Assembly (NCBI RefSeq): GCF_001194135.2
Contig: NC_068991.1
Span: 73,991,779-74,055,778 of the forward strand
Length of the DNA stretch: 64,000 nucleotides
Reading direction: 5' to 3'
Source: Octopus bimaculoides
Lineage: Eukaryota
The position numbers and the translations under genes were made by a program. The notes under the pieces are model-generated. The model was not told the DNA's origin and searched no databases. It worked only from the letters and a program-made list of their open reading frames with translations. This document shows, piece by piece, positions 52,696 to 64,000 of the stretch. Every line of letters starts with the position of its first letter. Within the stretch, counting starts at the first letter, position 1.

Positions 52696-53640
52696 ACATA
52701 TATAATCATCGTTTAACGTCTGCTTTCCATGCTAGCATGGGTTGGACAATTTGACCGAGGGCTGACAAACCAGATGGCTGCACCAGACACACACACACAC
52801 ACATGTATATATGCACATACATACAGCAGAATAGTTTTTTTTTTTTTTTTTTTTCCCATGCAAGTATAAAGAAAAGTTGAAAGTGGTTTTCAAGAAAATT
52901 TATTTATGCTTAGCTAACCAGTTTCGCAAATCTAATGATTTTCAAAACTAGTAAAATATGGAGTCTCCTGGAGCTATACCAGATTTGGACCAAGTTTTTA
53001 ATGAGTGTTCATCATGGATTCTGTGTGTGCCATTTTTTTCTTACGACTGACTGTGCTAGCTGTCTGAGTTGATGCTTGGTTGCTTGTTATTTCTTTGTTT
53101 TATATCTTTTACTTGTTTCAATCATTTGACTGTGGCCATGCTGGAGCACTGCCTTTAGTCGAACAAATCGACCCCAGGACTTATTCTTTGTAAGCTTAGT
53201 ACTTATTCTACCAGTCTCTTTTTGCCAAACCGCTAAGTTACGGGGACATAAACACACTAACATCGAAAATTAGAACAAAGCAAGGGTATGTGCATTTGTG
53301 ACCAGTAGTGTGTAGTATCGTCTGATAGCCTGGTTTGTGTGTGTGTGTGTGTGTGTGTATGGTAATCATTTACTGTTTGTCATGCTTACATGAATTGAAC
53401 AGGTTGTCAAGTTTCTAGTCAGTTCTTAGAGGATACTGCCCTCTTTGATGGGTTGAACACCACATCTCACTCTTAGGTTCCATTTTTGACATGATTCCTG
53501 TGGCTGGATGTCCTTTCTGTCACTAATCTCTGTGCATTGTATTGGGTGTATTTTGTTGTGACATCAGCCCTAGAGAGATTGATTTCTCCTTGTCAAAACT
53601 AAAGTATTTCTAATGCCCTGCATTATCTGCATACTTTTTT

Positions 53641-53849
53641 ACTCTTTTTACTCTTTTACTTGTTTCAGTCATTTGACTGCGGCCATGCTGGAGCACCGCC
53701 TTTATAGTCGAGCAGATCGACCCCAGGACTTATTCTTTGTAAGCCTAGTACTTATTCTATCGGTCTCTTTTGGCTGAACCGCTAAGTTACGGGGACGTAA
53801 ACACGCCAACATCGGTTGTCAAGCGATGCTGGGGAGGGCAAACAGACAC

Positions 53850-53885
<36 letters not shown>

Positions 53886-54047
53886 GATGGGCTTCTTTCA
53901 GTTTCCGTCTACCAAATCCACTCACAAGGCTTTGGTCTGCCCAAGGCTATAGTAGAAGACACTTGCCCAAGGTGCCACGCAGTGGACGAACCCAGGACCA
54001 TGTGGTTGGCAAGCAAGCTACTTACCACACGACAACTCCTGCGCCTG
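53641..54047 (-). mobile_element. Full-length tRNA-headed SINE (head + (TG)n + conserved tail)
   Basis: tRNA-like head, central (CA)n, tail ..GGCCGCAGTCAAATGACTGAAACAAGTAAAAGAG. This is the most abundant family in the window. Confidence 0.85.
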
Positions 54048-54159
54048 TACACATATTTTTGTTATGTTGTGTGTACTCATTTTTGTCATTTTGTGTTTAT
54101 CTATGTACTTCGTATTGTATAATAGAAGTGTGTACTAACTAGTTTATTCTGCATATTGT

Positions 54160-54202
<43 letters not shown>

Positions 54203-54411
54203 TTCTATATATATATATGTATGTGTGTGTGTGTGCATTTGTGCTGTCTTTAAAAGCCTACCAAACATCTTTTGATAAATAAGAAAATCTTCAATTGGGT
54301 TGGGTTACTATTTTTTTCTCCCCCCCTGCCAAAAAAAAAAAACATTTTCTAAAGCACAAAATGGTGTACTTGAATCAGTTTACATAATTTTATTATTATT
54401 ATCATCATTAT

Positions 54412-54443
<32 letters not shown>

Positions 54444-55705
54444 ATTAGATTCTTGGTTCTAGCTGTTTTACTTTCCTGCTTACACTCCTGGGAGATTTAG
54501 GTACAGCAGTCATCCAACTTCGTTCTCTACTTTAGTCTGGAATCTAGAACTGATGGATATTGATGATCGCAAAACTTCAAGGAGACTGATGATTTTATTT
54601 CTATGTTTTTGTATTCTATTTTATTTTTCTAAACCTTTTTAAAGGATTTATCGATGAATTTATTACCAACTGGTCTATCTAAGAACACATGATTTTCCCC
54701 CAAAAATACGGCTTTTTCAACTAACAGCATACCAAAAAGAAGTACAAGAATTATAAAGCATTCTGAAAGTTATATTGATAGGATAAATCTTTGTTGCACA
54801 GATAGATATAAGCTTACATATTGGATTTGACTGTTAAAAGATGATTTTGATTGGAATGGATGATGGCAGCTTGTAAGTAGAACCGTATTAATTCATTGGC
54901 GAATGGAAAGGGAGTGCGAGATCGCTTGGAAAAAGAAAAATTTGATACAGCGCCAACCAACTGCTAAGAGATGGAAATTACTACTATATCCCCATGAAAC
55001 CTTTTCCAGTATACAAGCTGTTCTGAAAAGAAAAAAAAAATCCATTGATGAATTATTTATTCCTGAAGAAAATCAAATATTTTTGATATTTGCTCTTCAC
55101 TCTGTGACACATTGCACTCTGCATTGATAATCTAGAAACGATTTTGCTTACATTAGGCTTTGAAACATGTTGTTCTATATCTCTTATCTGTATTGATCCT
55201 GTCGTCATCATCATCATCATCGTTTAACGCCCGTTTTCCATGCTGGCATGGGTTGGACGGTTCGACTGGGGTCTGGGAAGCCAGAAGGCTGCACCAGGCT
55301 CCAGTCTGATCTATCTGGCAGTGTTTCTACAACTGGATGCCTTTCCTAACACCAACCACTCCGTGAGGGTAGTGGGTGCTTTTTATGTACCACTGGCATG
55401 GGCCAGAAGAGGCTGGCAACGGCCACGATCGGTTGGTGCTTTTTACGTACCACTGGCATGGAAGTCTATTTCCATTTCTTTTGGATGTGTTATTGCAGGC
55501 CCTGCTTTTCTCTTAGACATGTATTTTCCAGGACTATAAATTCTAGTCAGAATTTTCAAAGAAGTGTAATTTACAGACTTTCATTTATATTCATCAGTGT
55601 AGAGTTCAAACCTCATTGAACTGGGTGGTATCTTTCTTCTCTATGCATGGTCAATAAAAAAATACTCCCAGTAATATACTGGGGTTGCCGTAACTATATA
55701 TTGCT

Positions 55706-55917
55706 GCTGCCGGGCGAAATGCTTAGCGGCATTTTGTCTGCCGCTACATTCTGAGTTCAAATTCCACCAAGGTCGACTTTGCCTTTCATCCTTTCGGGGT
55801 TGATAAATAAAGTACCAGTTATGCACTGCGGTCGATGTAATCGACTTAATCCCATTGTCTGTCCTTGTTTGTCCCCTCTATGTTTAGCCCCTTGTGGGCA
55901 ATAAAGAAATAAGAAAC
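55706..55917 (+). mobile_element. SINE with CCTTTCATCCTTTCGGGGT.GATAAA central domain
   Basis: Other copies at ~3930-4010, 5215-5393(-), 31581-31784(-), 33520-33680(-), 35370-35520 and 44060-44150. Confidence 0.75.
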
Positions 55918-56454
55918 AACCAAAATCATTGTTAGTGTTTTAGAGTCCTTTTCTTTTTTTTTTGTTTTTGTTGTCTTGTTGCCAGTAAGGAAGGCAATGC
56001 CCATGTCCCTTTGACCCCTTCCAAAACTGGTGGAAGTTAGGAGGAAGAAAAGTCTTTAAAATGGATAATTTCTTTAAGGCTTGCAATAGAGTGGACTCCA
56101 CTGAAGGCAGGCAAGGACCAGATGGTGTTAAACTGGGCAATAAATTAAAGCTACCGCCTACAAGTAGGCTGCAATAAGATTTGAACTTGGAATGCAATGA
56201 TCCAGACCAAATACTGCAAACTGTTTTGTCTGCTATTCTTAAGGCCCCACCAATTCATCACCCGTTACGTGCCAATCCAGCCATAGAAAGCCTGCTTTAA
56301 CAAACTCTGTCCAACCAATGTGAGCATGGGAAAGTTGACATTAAAACAATTATATGGGAGACAATTGTGGATGTGTTTCAGTCTTATTTGACCTCCTCAG
56401 TAAAACAAATTTTTATTGAACTTAGCAAATCAGTAACAAGATGGTCACGAAGCT

Positions 56455-56533
56455 GGTGTTTTCTGCTATAGCCTCGGGCCGACCAAAGCCTTGTGAGTGG
56501 ATTTGGTAGACAGAAACTGAAAGAAGCCTGTCG

Positions 56534-56572
<39 letters not shown>

Positions 56573-56780
56573 ATATGTTTGTGTCTGTGTTTGTCCCCCC
56601 CCAACAACATCGCTTGACAACTGATGCTGGTGTGTTTACATCCCTATAACTTAGCGGTTCAGCAAAAGAGACTGATAGAATAAGTACTAGGCTTCCAAAG
56701 AATAAGTCCTGGGGTCGATGTGCTCGACTAAAGGCGGTGCTCCAGCATGGCCGCAGTCAAATGACTGAAACAAGTAAAAG
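56455..56780 (+). mobile_element. tRNA-headed SINE, 5'-truncated
   Basis: Same family in plus orientation. Confidence 0.8.
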
Positions 56781-57008
56781 CGTAGTTATTCATAAACTAG
56801 CCTTGAATAATCTCAGTTTATCACACACGCATGCATATATGCATTTATTTATTTATGATTCTTAACTTTAACAAGTAAAAGGTTGAGAGTGACTTGGAAG
56901 TTTTTGGCTTGTTTGTCTACATCAGATTGTAAAATAATACTTAAATGTACAGAGCACTCCTTCAGTTACATAGCAAATTGTTTCTATAACTTGACATAAA
57001 AAACAAGC

Positions 57009-57060
<52 letters not shown>

Positions 57061-57470
57061 TGTATGTATATATATATATATGTGTGCATGTGACAAGGCT
57101 TCAATACATTTTTCATCTCTCAAATTTCACTCAAGACATAGTTTAATCTCTTCAACCCACCGCTCTCAATTTGTAACAAATGACACTTGCCCAAGGTGCG
57201 ACTATTTTCAAAATTAGTGGAGACAAGCAAGCAGTCCTACTGTAGTTTAGAAAGTGGACATATTTTATATATTCATTATTTATCATTGTTTTTGTTAATG
57301 AGTTTGTTTTACGTGCATTAAAAAAAAAAATTTTTTTCTTTTCTTTTTATATATATTTTATATCATTGAAAAATGTTTGTGAAAAGGTTGTTAGCCACTT
57401 ATGAAACTAGTCACTTGTGCAGTTTGAAGGATGTTAGCTAACAACTTAGTCATAGTAAGTTTAGTAGAAT

Positions 57471-57508
<38 letters not shown>

Positions 57509-57855
57509 CCCCACCACCCCCTTAGTCCTCGTCCCCCCCCACCTCTTTCCACCTTCCAATTAGATGTTCTTATTATTCAGTAACTACTTATGGTATTGCT
57601 CAGGACATTCATGAGGTCTCCACCTCCACCACGACTGCCATCNNNNNNNNNNNNNNNNNNNNNNNNNNNNNNNNNNNNNNNNNNNNNNNNNNNNNNNNNN
57701 NNNNNNNNNNNNNNNNNNNNNNNNNNNNNNNNNNNNNNNNNNNNNNNNNNNNNNNNNNNNNNNNNNNNNNNNNNNNNNNNNNNNNNNNNNNNNNNNNNNN
57801 NNNNNNNNNNNNNNNNNNNNNNNNNNNNNNNNNNNNNNNNNNNNNNNNNNNNNNN

Positions 57856-57891
<36 letters not shown>

Positions 57892-60317
57892 CATGTGTGT
57901 GTGTATGTATATGCATCTCTGTGTATATGTAAGTAGAGGCATTTCTGTATTAGTGTACACACAGACACACACACACGTGTATACATAAATTCAATTTTTT
58001 TTCTTATTCTTTTTCTCCCGGCTTAGCTTAACTTTCCAGGCTTTCTTTCATTGAGCCTCACTTTTATTGTTGGGCTTATTGGATTATTGTTGCCATTGTT
58101 AATATATATACTGTCTGTATAAAACTTGTGAATTATTGTTTCTTTTATTTCGAAATGCAACAAAAAAAGAAAAACCACTTCCTACCTATGTGGTGGGTTC
58201 GTTCAGAGCTGTGTCTTCCTCTTTTTGAATTCACGTCATGTTTGTGAATTGTTTGTAATTTCTAAGCACTTCTGTCGTTTGTAAACATTAAAAGGAGTGG
58301 GATTTTCCTCTTTGCTGCTGTCTGAAATTAACTTTATTTTATTTAAAAAAAAAAAAAAAAAAAATGACATTTCCATATTGAAAGTTATTCTAACTTTGAG
58401 GAAGATAATTTCCAAAAATACACTAAAATAATTCTTTTTTCTAATCATAATTTTGGGGTTTTTGTGTGTGTGTGTGTGTGTGTAAATTGACTAAATTTGA
58501 TAGAAAGGAAGGCTGCATGGAAATGTAGTGAAATATTATGAAGCTTGATGGTTCATCTCGGCTTGCTTTGTGTCTATTCAAGGTTGATGTGTTAANNNNN
58601 NNNNNNNNNNNNNNNNNNNNNNNNNNNNNNNNNNNNNNNNNNNNNNNNNNNNNNNNNNNNNNNNNNNNNNNNNNNNNNNNNNNNNNNNNNNNNNNNNNNN
58701 NNNNNNNNNNNNNNNNNNNNNNNNNNNNNNNNNNNNNNNNNNNNNNNNNNNNNNNNNNNNNNNNNNNNNNNNNNNNNNNNNNNNNNNNNNNNNNNNNNNN
58801 NNNNNNNNNNNNNNNNNNNNNNNNNNNNNNNNNNNNNNNNNNNNNNNNNNNNNNNNNNNNNNNNNNNNNNNNNNNNNNNNNNNNNNNNNNNNNNNNNNNN
58901 NNNNNNNNNNNNNNNNNNNNNNNNNNNNNNNNNNNNNNNNNNNNNNNNNNNNNNNNNNNNNNNNNNNNNNNNNNNNNNNNNNNNNNNNNNNNNNNNNNNN
59001 NNNNNNNNNNNNNNNNNNNNNNNNNNNNNNNNNNNNNNNNNNNNNNNNNNNNNNNNNNNNNNNNNNNNNNNNNNNNNNNNNNNNNNNNNNNNNNNNNNNN
59101 NNNNNNNNNNNNNNNNNNNNNNNNNNNNNNNNNNNNNNNNNNNNNNNNNNNNNNNNNNNNNNNNNNNNNNNNNNNNNNNNNNNNNNNNNNNNNNNNNNNN
59201 NNNNNNNNNNNNNNNNNNNNNNNNNNNNNNNNNNNNNNNNNNNNNNNNNNNNNNNNNNNNNNNNNNNNNNNNNNNNNNNNNNNNNNNNNNNNNNNNNNNN
59301 NNNNNNNNNNNNNNNNNNNNNNNNNNNNNNNNNNNNNNNNNNNNNNNNNNNNNNNNNNNNNNNNNNNNNNNNNNNNNNNNNNNNNNNNNNNNNNNNNNNN
59401 NNNNNNNNNNNNNNNNNNNNNNNNNNNNNNNNNNNNNNNNNNNNNNNNGTTTTGTTAGCATTTCTTTTAAGAGTGATTTGATAAACAAATTGTATTTGTC
59501 ATTTGAATTTGTAGATTTTAAAGTAACAAGTTTTTGTGAAATGCCTTCTTCGTATGCTGGAATTAATTTGGTGGAGTTTGTGAAAATTTGTTGACTGACC
59601 TATATTTCTAATATAAGAATAAGGTTAATGATTTTGAGGGCAGGGGCTTAGTTTGTTATGTTGATCCCAGTAGAAGCTTGATAGTTTATTTTATCAATGC
59701 TGAAAGAATGAGAGGTAAAGTGGACCTCGGATTTAAACTATGTCATTGTTTTTGTGCTTATGTTAATGACTGCTCCAGCTTGTCAAATAAATTCTATTAA
59801 TACCTGGATTTGTTAAGTTGGTTTGTTTACATCCCTGTAACAACATTTAGTAAAAAACCTAGAATAAATACGTACCAAGCATGGGTCGATTTGATTGATT
59901 AAAACTTTCATGTTTTTACTCCAGCATGGCCACTGAAAAAAAAACAATTCTTAAAAATAAAAGAATTACTTTTATCTGTTTGTTTACATCCTGTTTTTCT
60001 ATGGCTGCAGAAATAAAAAGGTTTTTATAAATTAAGATATCTATATTCAAATTTTGATGTATTGCCTGGTAAGTAATTTGATCTGAGACTGTTTGAAAAT
60101 TAAAACAATCACAACAGAGAAGATACCTATTAGCCATTCAGTAGCACACAAAGGCTTAACTTCATTTAAACATTTATTATTTGATGTCAAAATTCTCATC
60201 ACGCCAACAGTGACCTGGTCACTGACACCAGATGATAAATGTTTAAGTGAAGTTGAGTTGTGTGTTTTTAAACAGCTACTATATGTCTTCCGTGTTGTGG
60301 CTGTTGTTCAAATTTAG

Positions 60318-60389
60318 ATATTTATGTTCTGTGAGAACACTGTATTGATTATTCCTCTCTCCTCTTTTGTCTTTTCTGGAGCTACAGTG
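60318..60389 (+). CDS. Candidate internal exon (IFMFCENTVLIIPLSSFVFSGATV) or 8-nt microexon 60382-60389
   Basis: Strong donor GTG|GTAAGT, alternative acceptors TTTAG| and a long pyrimidine tract before GGAG|. No recognised homology. Confidence 0.25.
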
Positions 60390-61004
60390 GTAAGTTTCTT
60401 TAAGACAAAGGATAGTTATATCCGTTGTCGATATTCCTTACATAAAGAGTGATTTAATTAAGTAATAATTCCAAGCTGTATTAAATATCTACTCATGGTT
60501 ATAAGCCATTTGTTTATGGATTATAGGTAAGTTGTGATGAGAAATATTAAAGCAGAGTCTGTTGCTCAAATTGGCAGCTATTATTATCATTTAGGATATT
60601 GGTTGTGATGGCATCTCAAAGGAATTCAGTCTGGAGAATAGAAATGGATAGAAGTCGAACAGAATTCATCACGGATATCCGAAGAAATTGATGGAGGTTA
60701 TTAAATCAGTGAATTTCCAAAGGACTTGATTCCAGTTGCGATTTTGTAAATCCTGTGGATTGATTTAGTGAAAGGATAGAATTAGTTTAGGGGTTTAGGG
60801 ATTACTGATTTAAACCTCGTTTAAAATGTTTGAATTGAAAGCAACCCTTTATAGCATTTAGATAACTCTGTCAAAAGCAATGCTTATATTTACATTGTTT
60901 TGAATTAAACATGTATTATCTTATACAGTTCTATATTTAAGAGATGAGGAATTATGTACATTATTTACATTTGACAGATATTTGTCCTCATCTTGTTTGT
61001 TGTT

Positions 61005-61051
61005 AACACAACGTTTCGGCTGATATGCCCTCCAGCCTTCATCAGGTGTCT
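61005..61051 (-). ncRNA. Minimal type I hammerhead ribozyme, PLE family A, intact core
   Basis: GACAC CUGAUGA A GGCUG(gagggcauau)CAGCC GAAAC GUU GUGUU. Stem I GACAC/GUGUU, 5-bp stem II, palindromic ACGU stem III with no loop. Predicted cut after GUU (between 61010 and 61009). Confidence 0.8.
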
Positions 61052-61205
61052 TGGGGAAATTTTGAACCTGGGTTCTCATTCCTAAGTCCTCATTCGTTGT
61101 TGTTGTTGTTGCTGTTGCTGTTGCTGTTGTTGTTGTTGTTGTTGGCAACAACAACAACACCGAAAAATGCCTTAGGAATGAGAACCCATGTTCCAAATTT
61201 CCCCA

Positions 61206-61250
61206 AGACACCTGATGAAGGCTGGAGGATATACCAGCCGAAACATTGTT
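61206..61250 (+). ncRNA. Hammerhead ribozyme, PLE family A, damaged
   Basis: AGACAC CUGAUGA A GGCUGG..CCAGCC GAAAC AUU GUU. ACGU has become ACAU, breaking stem III, and the 3' strand of stem I is shortened. Confidence 0.65.
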
Positions 61251-61831
61251 AAGAACAAACAAGATGACAAATGTCCATCAAATGTAAATAGTGTATTATT
61301 TTATAGATTTGAATTTACAATAATGTGATAAAAAAAAAAAAAAAAGAGATTGCAAGGTAGGTGTGAGAGGCTGGATATGGCTGGTTTAAACATAAAACAG
61401 AGTATTTGAGATTGATATGGCTTGGGATAAACCCAAAACTTCTATACTACCGGTTCTCTACATTATATGTAATGACATAAATATATAAACAAGAGTTTCT
61501 CACAAAAACAGTAAATAGTGGTAATTAGGTGAAGGTGAATAATTCTTGAAGAAATGATATCAGGAAGTTGTGATGGGAGTTGCATTTAGTTAGCCTGACC
61601 AATCTTGGAGACTGGAGTAATTTGTCCATAATATCTCTTAACTGGTATGGTGTGTCTCTTGTTAATGACTGAATAGTTATCACTGAAATTGAGAAGAGGT
61701 CATTAAATGTAACAGTAATACACCAGGGATGATTGCAGTAATTCTATAACTGTGGGTTGTGTAGAATGTTACATTTAACTGGCCATAAATTGTACAAGCA
61801 TCTCGGTGTAGAATATGGATGTATACTTTTG

Positions 61832-62220
61832 TTTGTTTAGGTTATTTGACTGTTGCCATGCTGGGGCACTGCTTTTGGTCGAATAAATCAACCCCCTGGA
61901 CTTATTCTTTGTAAGCCCAGTACTTTTTCTGCTGGTCACTTTTGCCGAACTGCTAAGTCACGGGGATGTAAATACACCAACATCAGTTGTCAAGCGATGG
62001 TGGTGGTGGTGGGGGTACAAGAACTGACACACAAACATACACATATACATACGATAGGCTTCGGCTTCTTTCAGTTTCCGTCTACCAAATCCACTCACAA
62101 AGCTTTGTCGGCCCGAGGCTATAGTAGAAGACACTTGCCCAAGGTGCCACACAGTAGGACTGAACTCAGAACCATGTGGTTGGTAAGCAAGCTACTTACC
62201 ACACAGCCACTCCTGCACCT
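61832..62220 (-). mobile_element. tRNA-headed SINE
   Basis: Same family as 53641-54047. Confidence 0.8.
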
Positions 62221-63074
62221 ATTGGTTAAGTTCATTTCATAACCATGTGGTTTTGGGTTCAGTCCCACTCTATGGAATGAATGGAAGGCGGACGTTAAAC
62301 GGTGATGATATCTATGTGTTTATTTAGTTTACATTTGTGCTTCTCTGGACTATGGTTGGTATCATTGTTGTCATTTCCTCTGACAAGCAAATCATTTACT
62401 GGTTCTGTGCTTTCAAGGTTGCATGGGAAAAAAGGCCTTTTTCTTGAGACAGAAAGGGCATCTGGCTGCAAAACTGTTGCCCCAATAATAGATTCATGTA
62501 ACCTTTGCTAGCATAGCAAATCATGTGAAATTGAACAAAAAAAAATTTTATTTTTGAATTTGTAGGATGTTAGCTAATTTAAGCTCCTATGTAAAATGTT
62601 TTCTTTTTGAGCTTAAAAACTCGGATATTTTTCTGTTCTTTGCAACAGGATAATGCTATTATAGTCAGTTCTTTTGGCCAAAAATAGTCTGTTCTTCTTG
62701 GTGATAAATATTGAATCATTAACTTGAGCAATAATGCAATTGTTGGTAATTGGAATTAATTAGAATTAGCAGTATTAGTGATAATTATTTTTACACAATT
62801 TCTTGTGAATTTGGTTTTGGAAAGTTCAATTAAAAAATAAAGTGGAATTCTTTGAGAGATCTGAATTAATTACAGAACGCTTTGTTCGTTTGATTAAGAT
62901 GTTCAGAGCAGCCAATTTGTATTAAATTGGCAGTGTCTTCAGAATGTTAATTGTAGGTTGTTGCTTTGTCCCTTCATTTATCTATCTATTTTTGTTTCTG
63001 AAGTCACACTTTTCAATCATGGTTTGTGTGTGTGGCCACAAAGAATGGTTTCTCCAGCATTCTGTATCTTCTAT

Positions 63075-63434
63075 CGTTTACTTGCTTCAGTCATTAGACT
63101 GCGACCATGCTGGGGCACTGACTTGAAGGGTTTAGTTGAATAAATTGACTCCCAGTGCATTTTTTAAAAAAAATCTGGTACTTTTTAAAATTTTTGCCAA
63201 ACCACTAAATTACAAGGATATAAACAAACCAACAGCAGTTGTCAAGTGATTGCAGGGGATACAAGCATACACACGTATAAGCTTCTTTCAGTTTCCGCCT
63301 ATCAAATCCACTCACTAGGCTTTGGCTGACTGGGCGCTACAGTAGAAGACACTTGCCCCAGGTTCCACACAGTGGGACTGAACCCGGAACCGTGTGGTTG
63401 GGGAGCAAACCTCTTACCACACAGCCATGCCTGT
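63075..63434 (-). mobile_element. tRNA-headed SINE
   Basis: Same family, more diverged. Confidence 0.75.
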
Positions 63435-63754
63435 GCCCTTGAAAGAATGTTTATTCCTTTATTTGCTTCAACCATTCTGGGGGTTCCAGTCACCCCTCTC
63501 CCCCCAGTACTTATTTACTTATTTTAAAGCCCGCTACTTTGTTGGACCATTTTTGTCAAGCTGCTAAGTTAAAAAGACACAAAACAAACCAACACCAGTT
63601 GTCGAATGGCACAGGCCTGACACACACAATTGATCTCACAGTTTCTTTCCATCAAATTCACTTTCAGGCATTGGTCAACATGAGGCTGTAGTCAAAGACA
63701 TTTGCATAACGGGACTGAACTCAAGATCACATGGCTGCAGAGCCAACTCCTTAA

Positions 63755-63981
63755 CCCTTTAGACACCAACCTGCCTGAAACTGTCCTTGGTCCTATGATA
63801 CAAATTTCCCATTTTAAAGTAATGTAATTTAAAATTTCCATAAAAATTTCGTGTTAATTTATGATTCAAACCCCAGTTGAATAATGTTAGGGTTCTTTTA
63901 ATATATATTTTTTTATTTTCAAAATTAATTGAAAAAAAAAAAAAGGGAATGTATTTCACCAGAAAGATGGTAATGAAAGGG
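63755..63981. mobile_element. piggyBac-like MITE
   Basis: TTAA-CCCTTT ... AAAGGG-TTAA. Confidence 0.75.
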
Positions 63982-64000
63982 TTAAACCACACAACCATTT

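Larger units (their letters stand above)
60926..61291. mobile_element. Fold-back (divergent inverted) dimer of PLE family A pLTR with (GTT)n/(AAC)n spacer
   Basis: Left arm 60926-61086 is the reverse complement of right arm 61171-61291. Near-identical 14-bp flanks TGTATTAT(C/T)TTATA at 60912-60925 and 61292-61305. Inserted in a piggyBac-like MITE. Confidence 0.85.

Noticed and set aside
60533-60810. C-box (GTGATGA) and D-box (CTGA) as a C/D snoRNA
   Set aside because: Boxes are ~275 nt apart, with no terminal stem or recognisable rRNA guide.

Overview
AT-rich eukaryotic genomic DNA with many N gaps and dense (TA)n/(CA)n microsatellites. The interspersed repeats (tRNA-headed SINEs, RTE-tail elements ending in (TGA)n) look like those of octopod cephalopods, probably Octopus; this is pattern recognition, not a database result. 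No protein-coding gene could be named. Almost every ORF in the supplied track is a microsatellite, SINE or N-gap artefact, and only a few low-confidence exon candidates exist. CpG content appears to drop at about 22.3-22.9 kb, suggesting the right two-thirds is a large methylated gene body made mostly of introns. The main signal is a set of minimal type I hammerhead ribozyme (HHR) motifs from several unrelated Penelope-like element (PLE) families. Near-canonical folds lie at 6153-6202(-), 6936-6998(-) and 61005-61051(-). Damaged copies lie at 5901-5993, 7038-7069, 17551-17587, 41099-41133, 43498-43543 and 61206-61250. The most informative element is 43438-43847(-): a 5'-truncated PLE with a perfect 21-bp target-site duplication. 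It reads, in order, GIY-YIG-type endonuclease C-terminus, tRNA-like Pol III A/B-box module, (AAT)n, HHR, tail. Several HHR elements occur as divergent fold-back pairs. The window also holds piggyBac-like (TTAA) and hAT-like MITEs, an RTE reverse-transcriptase remnant and a ~35-bp intronic hairpin at 60155-60257.
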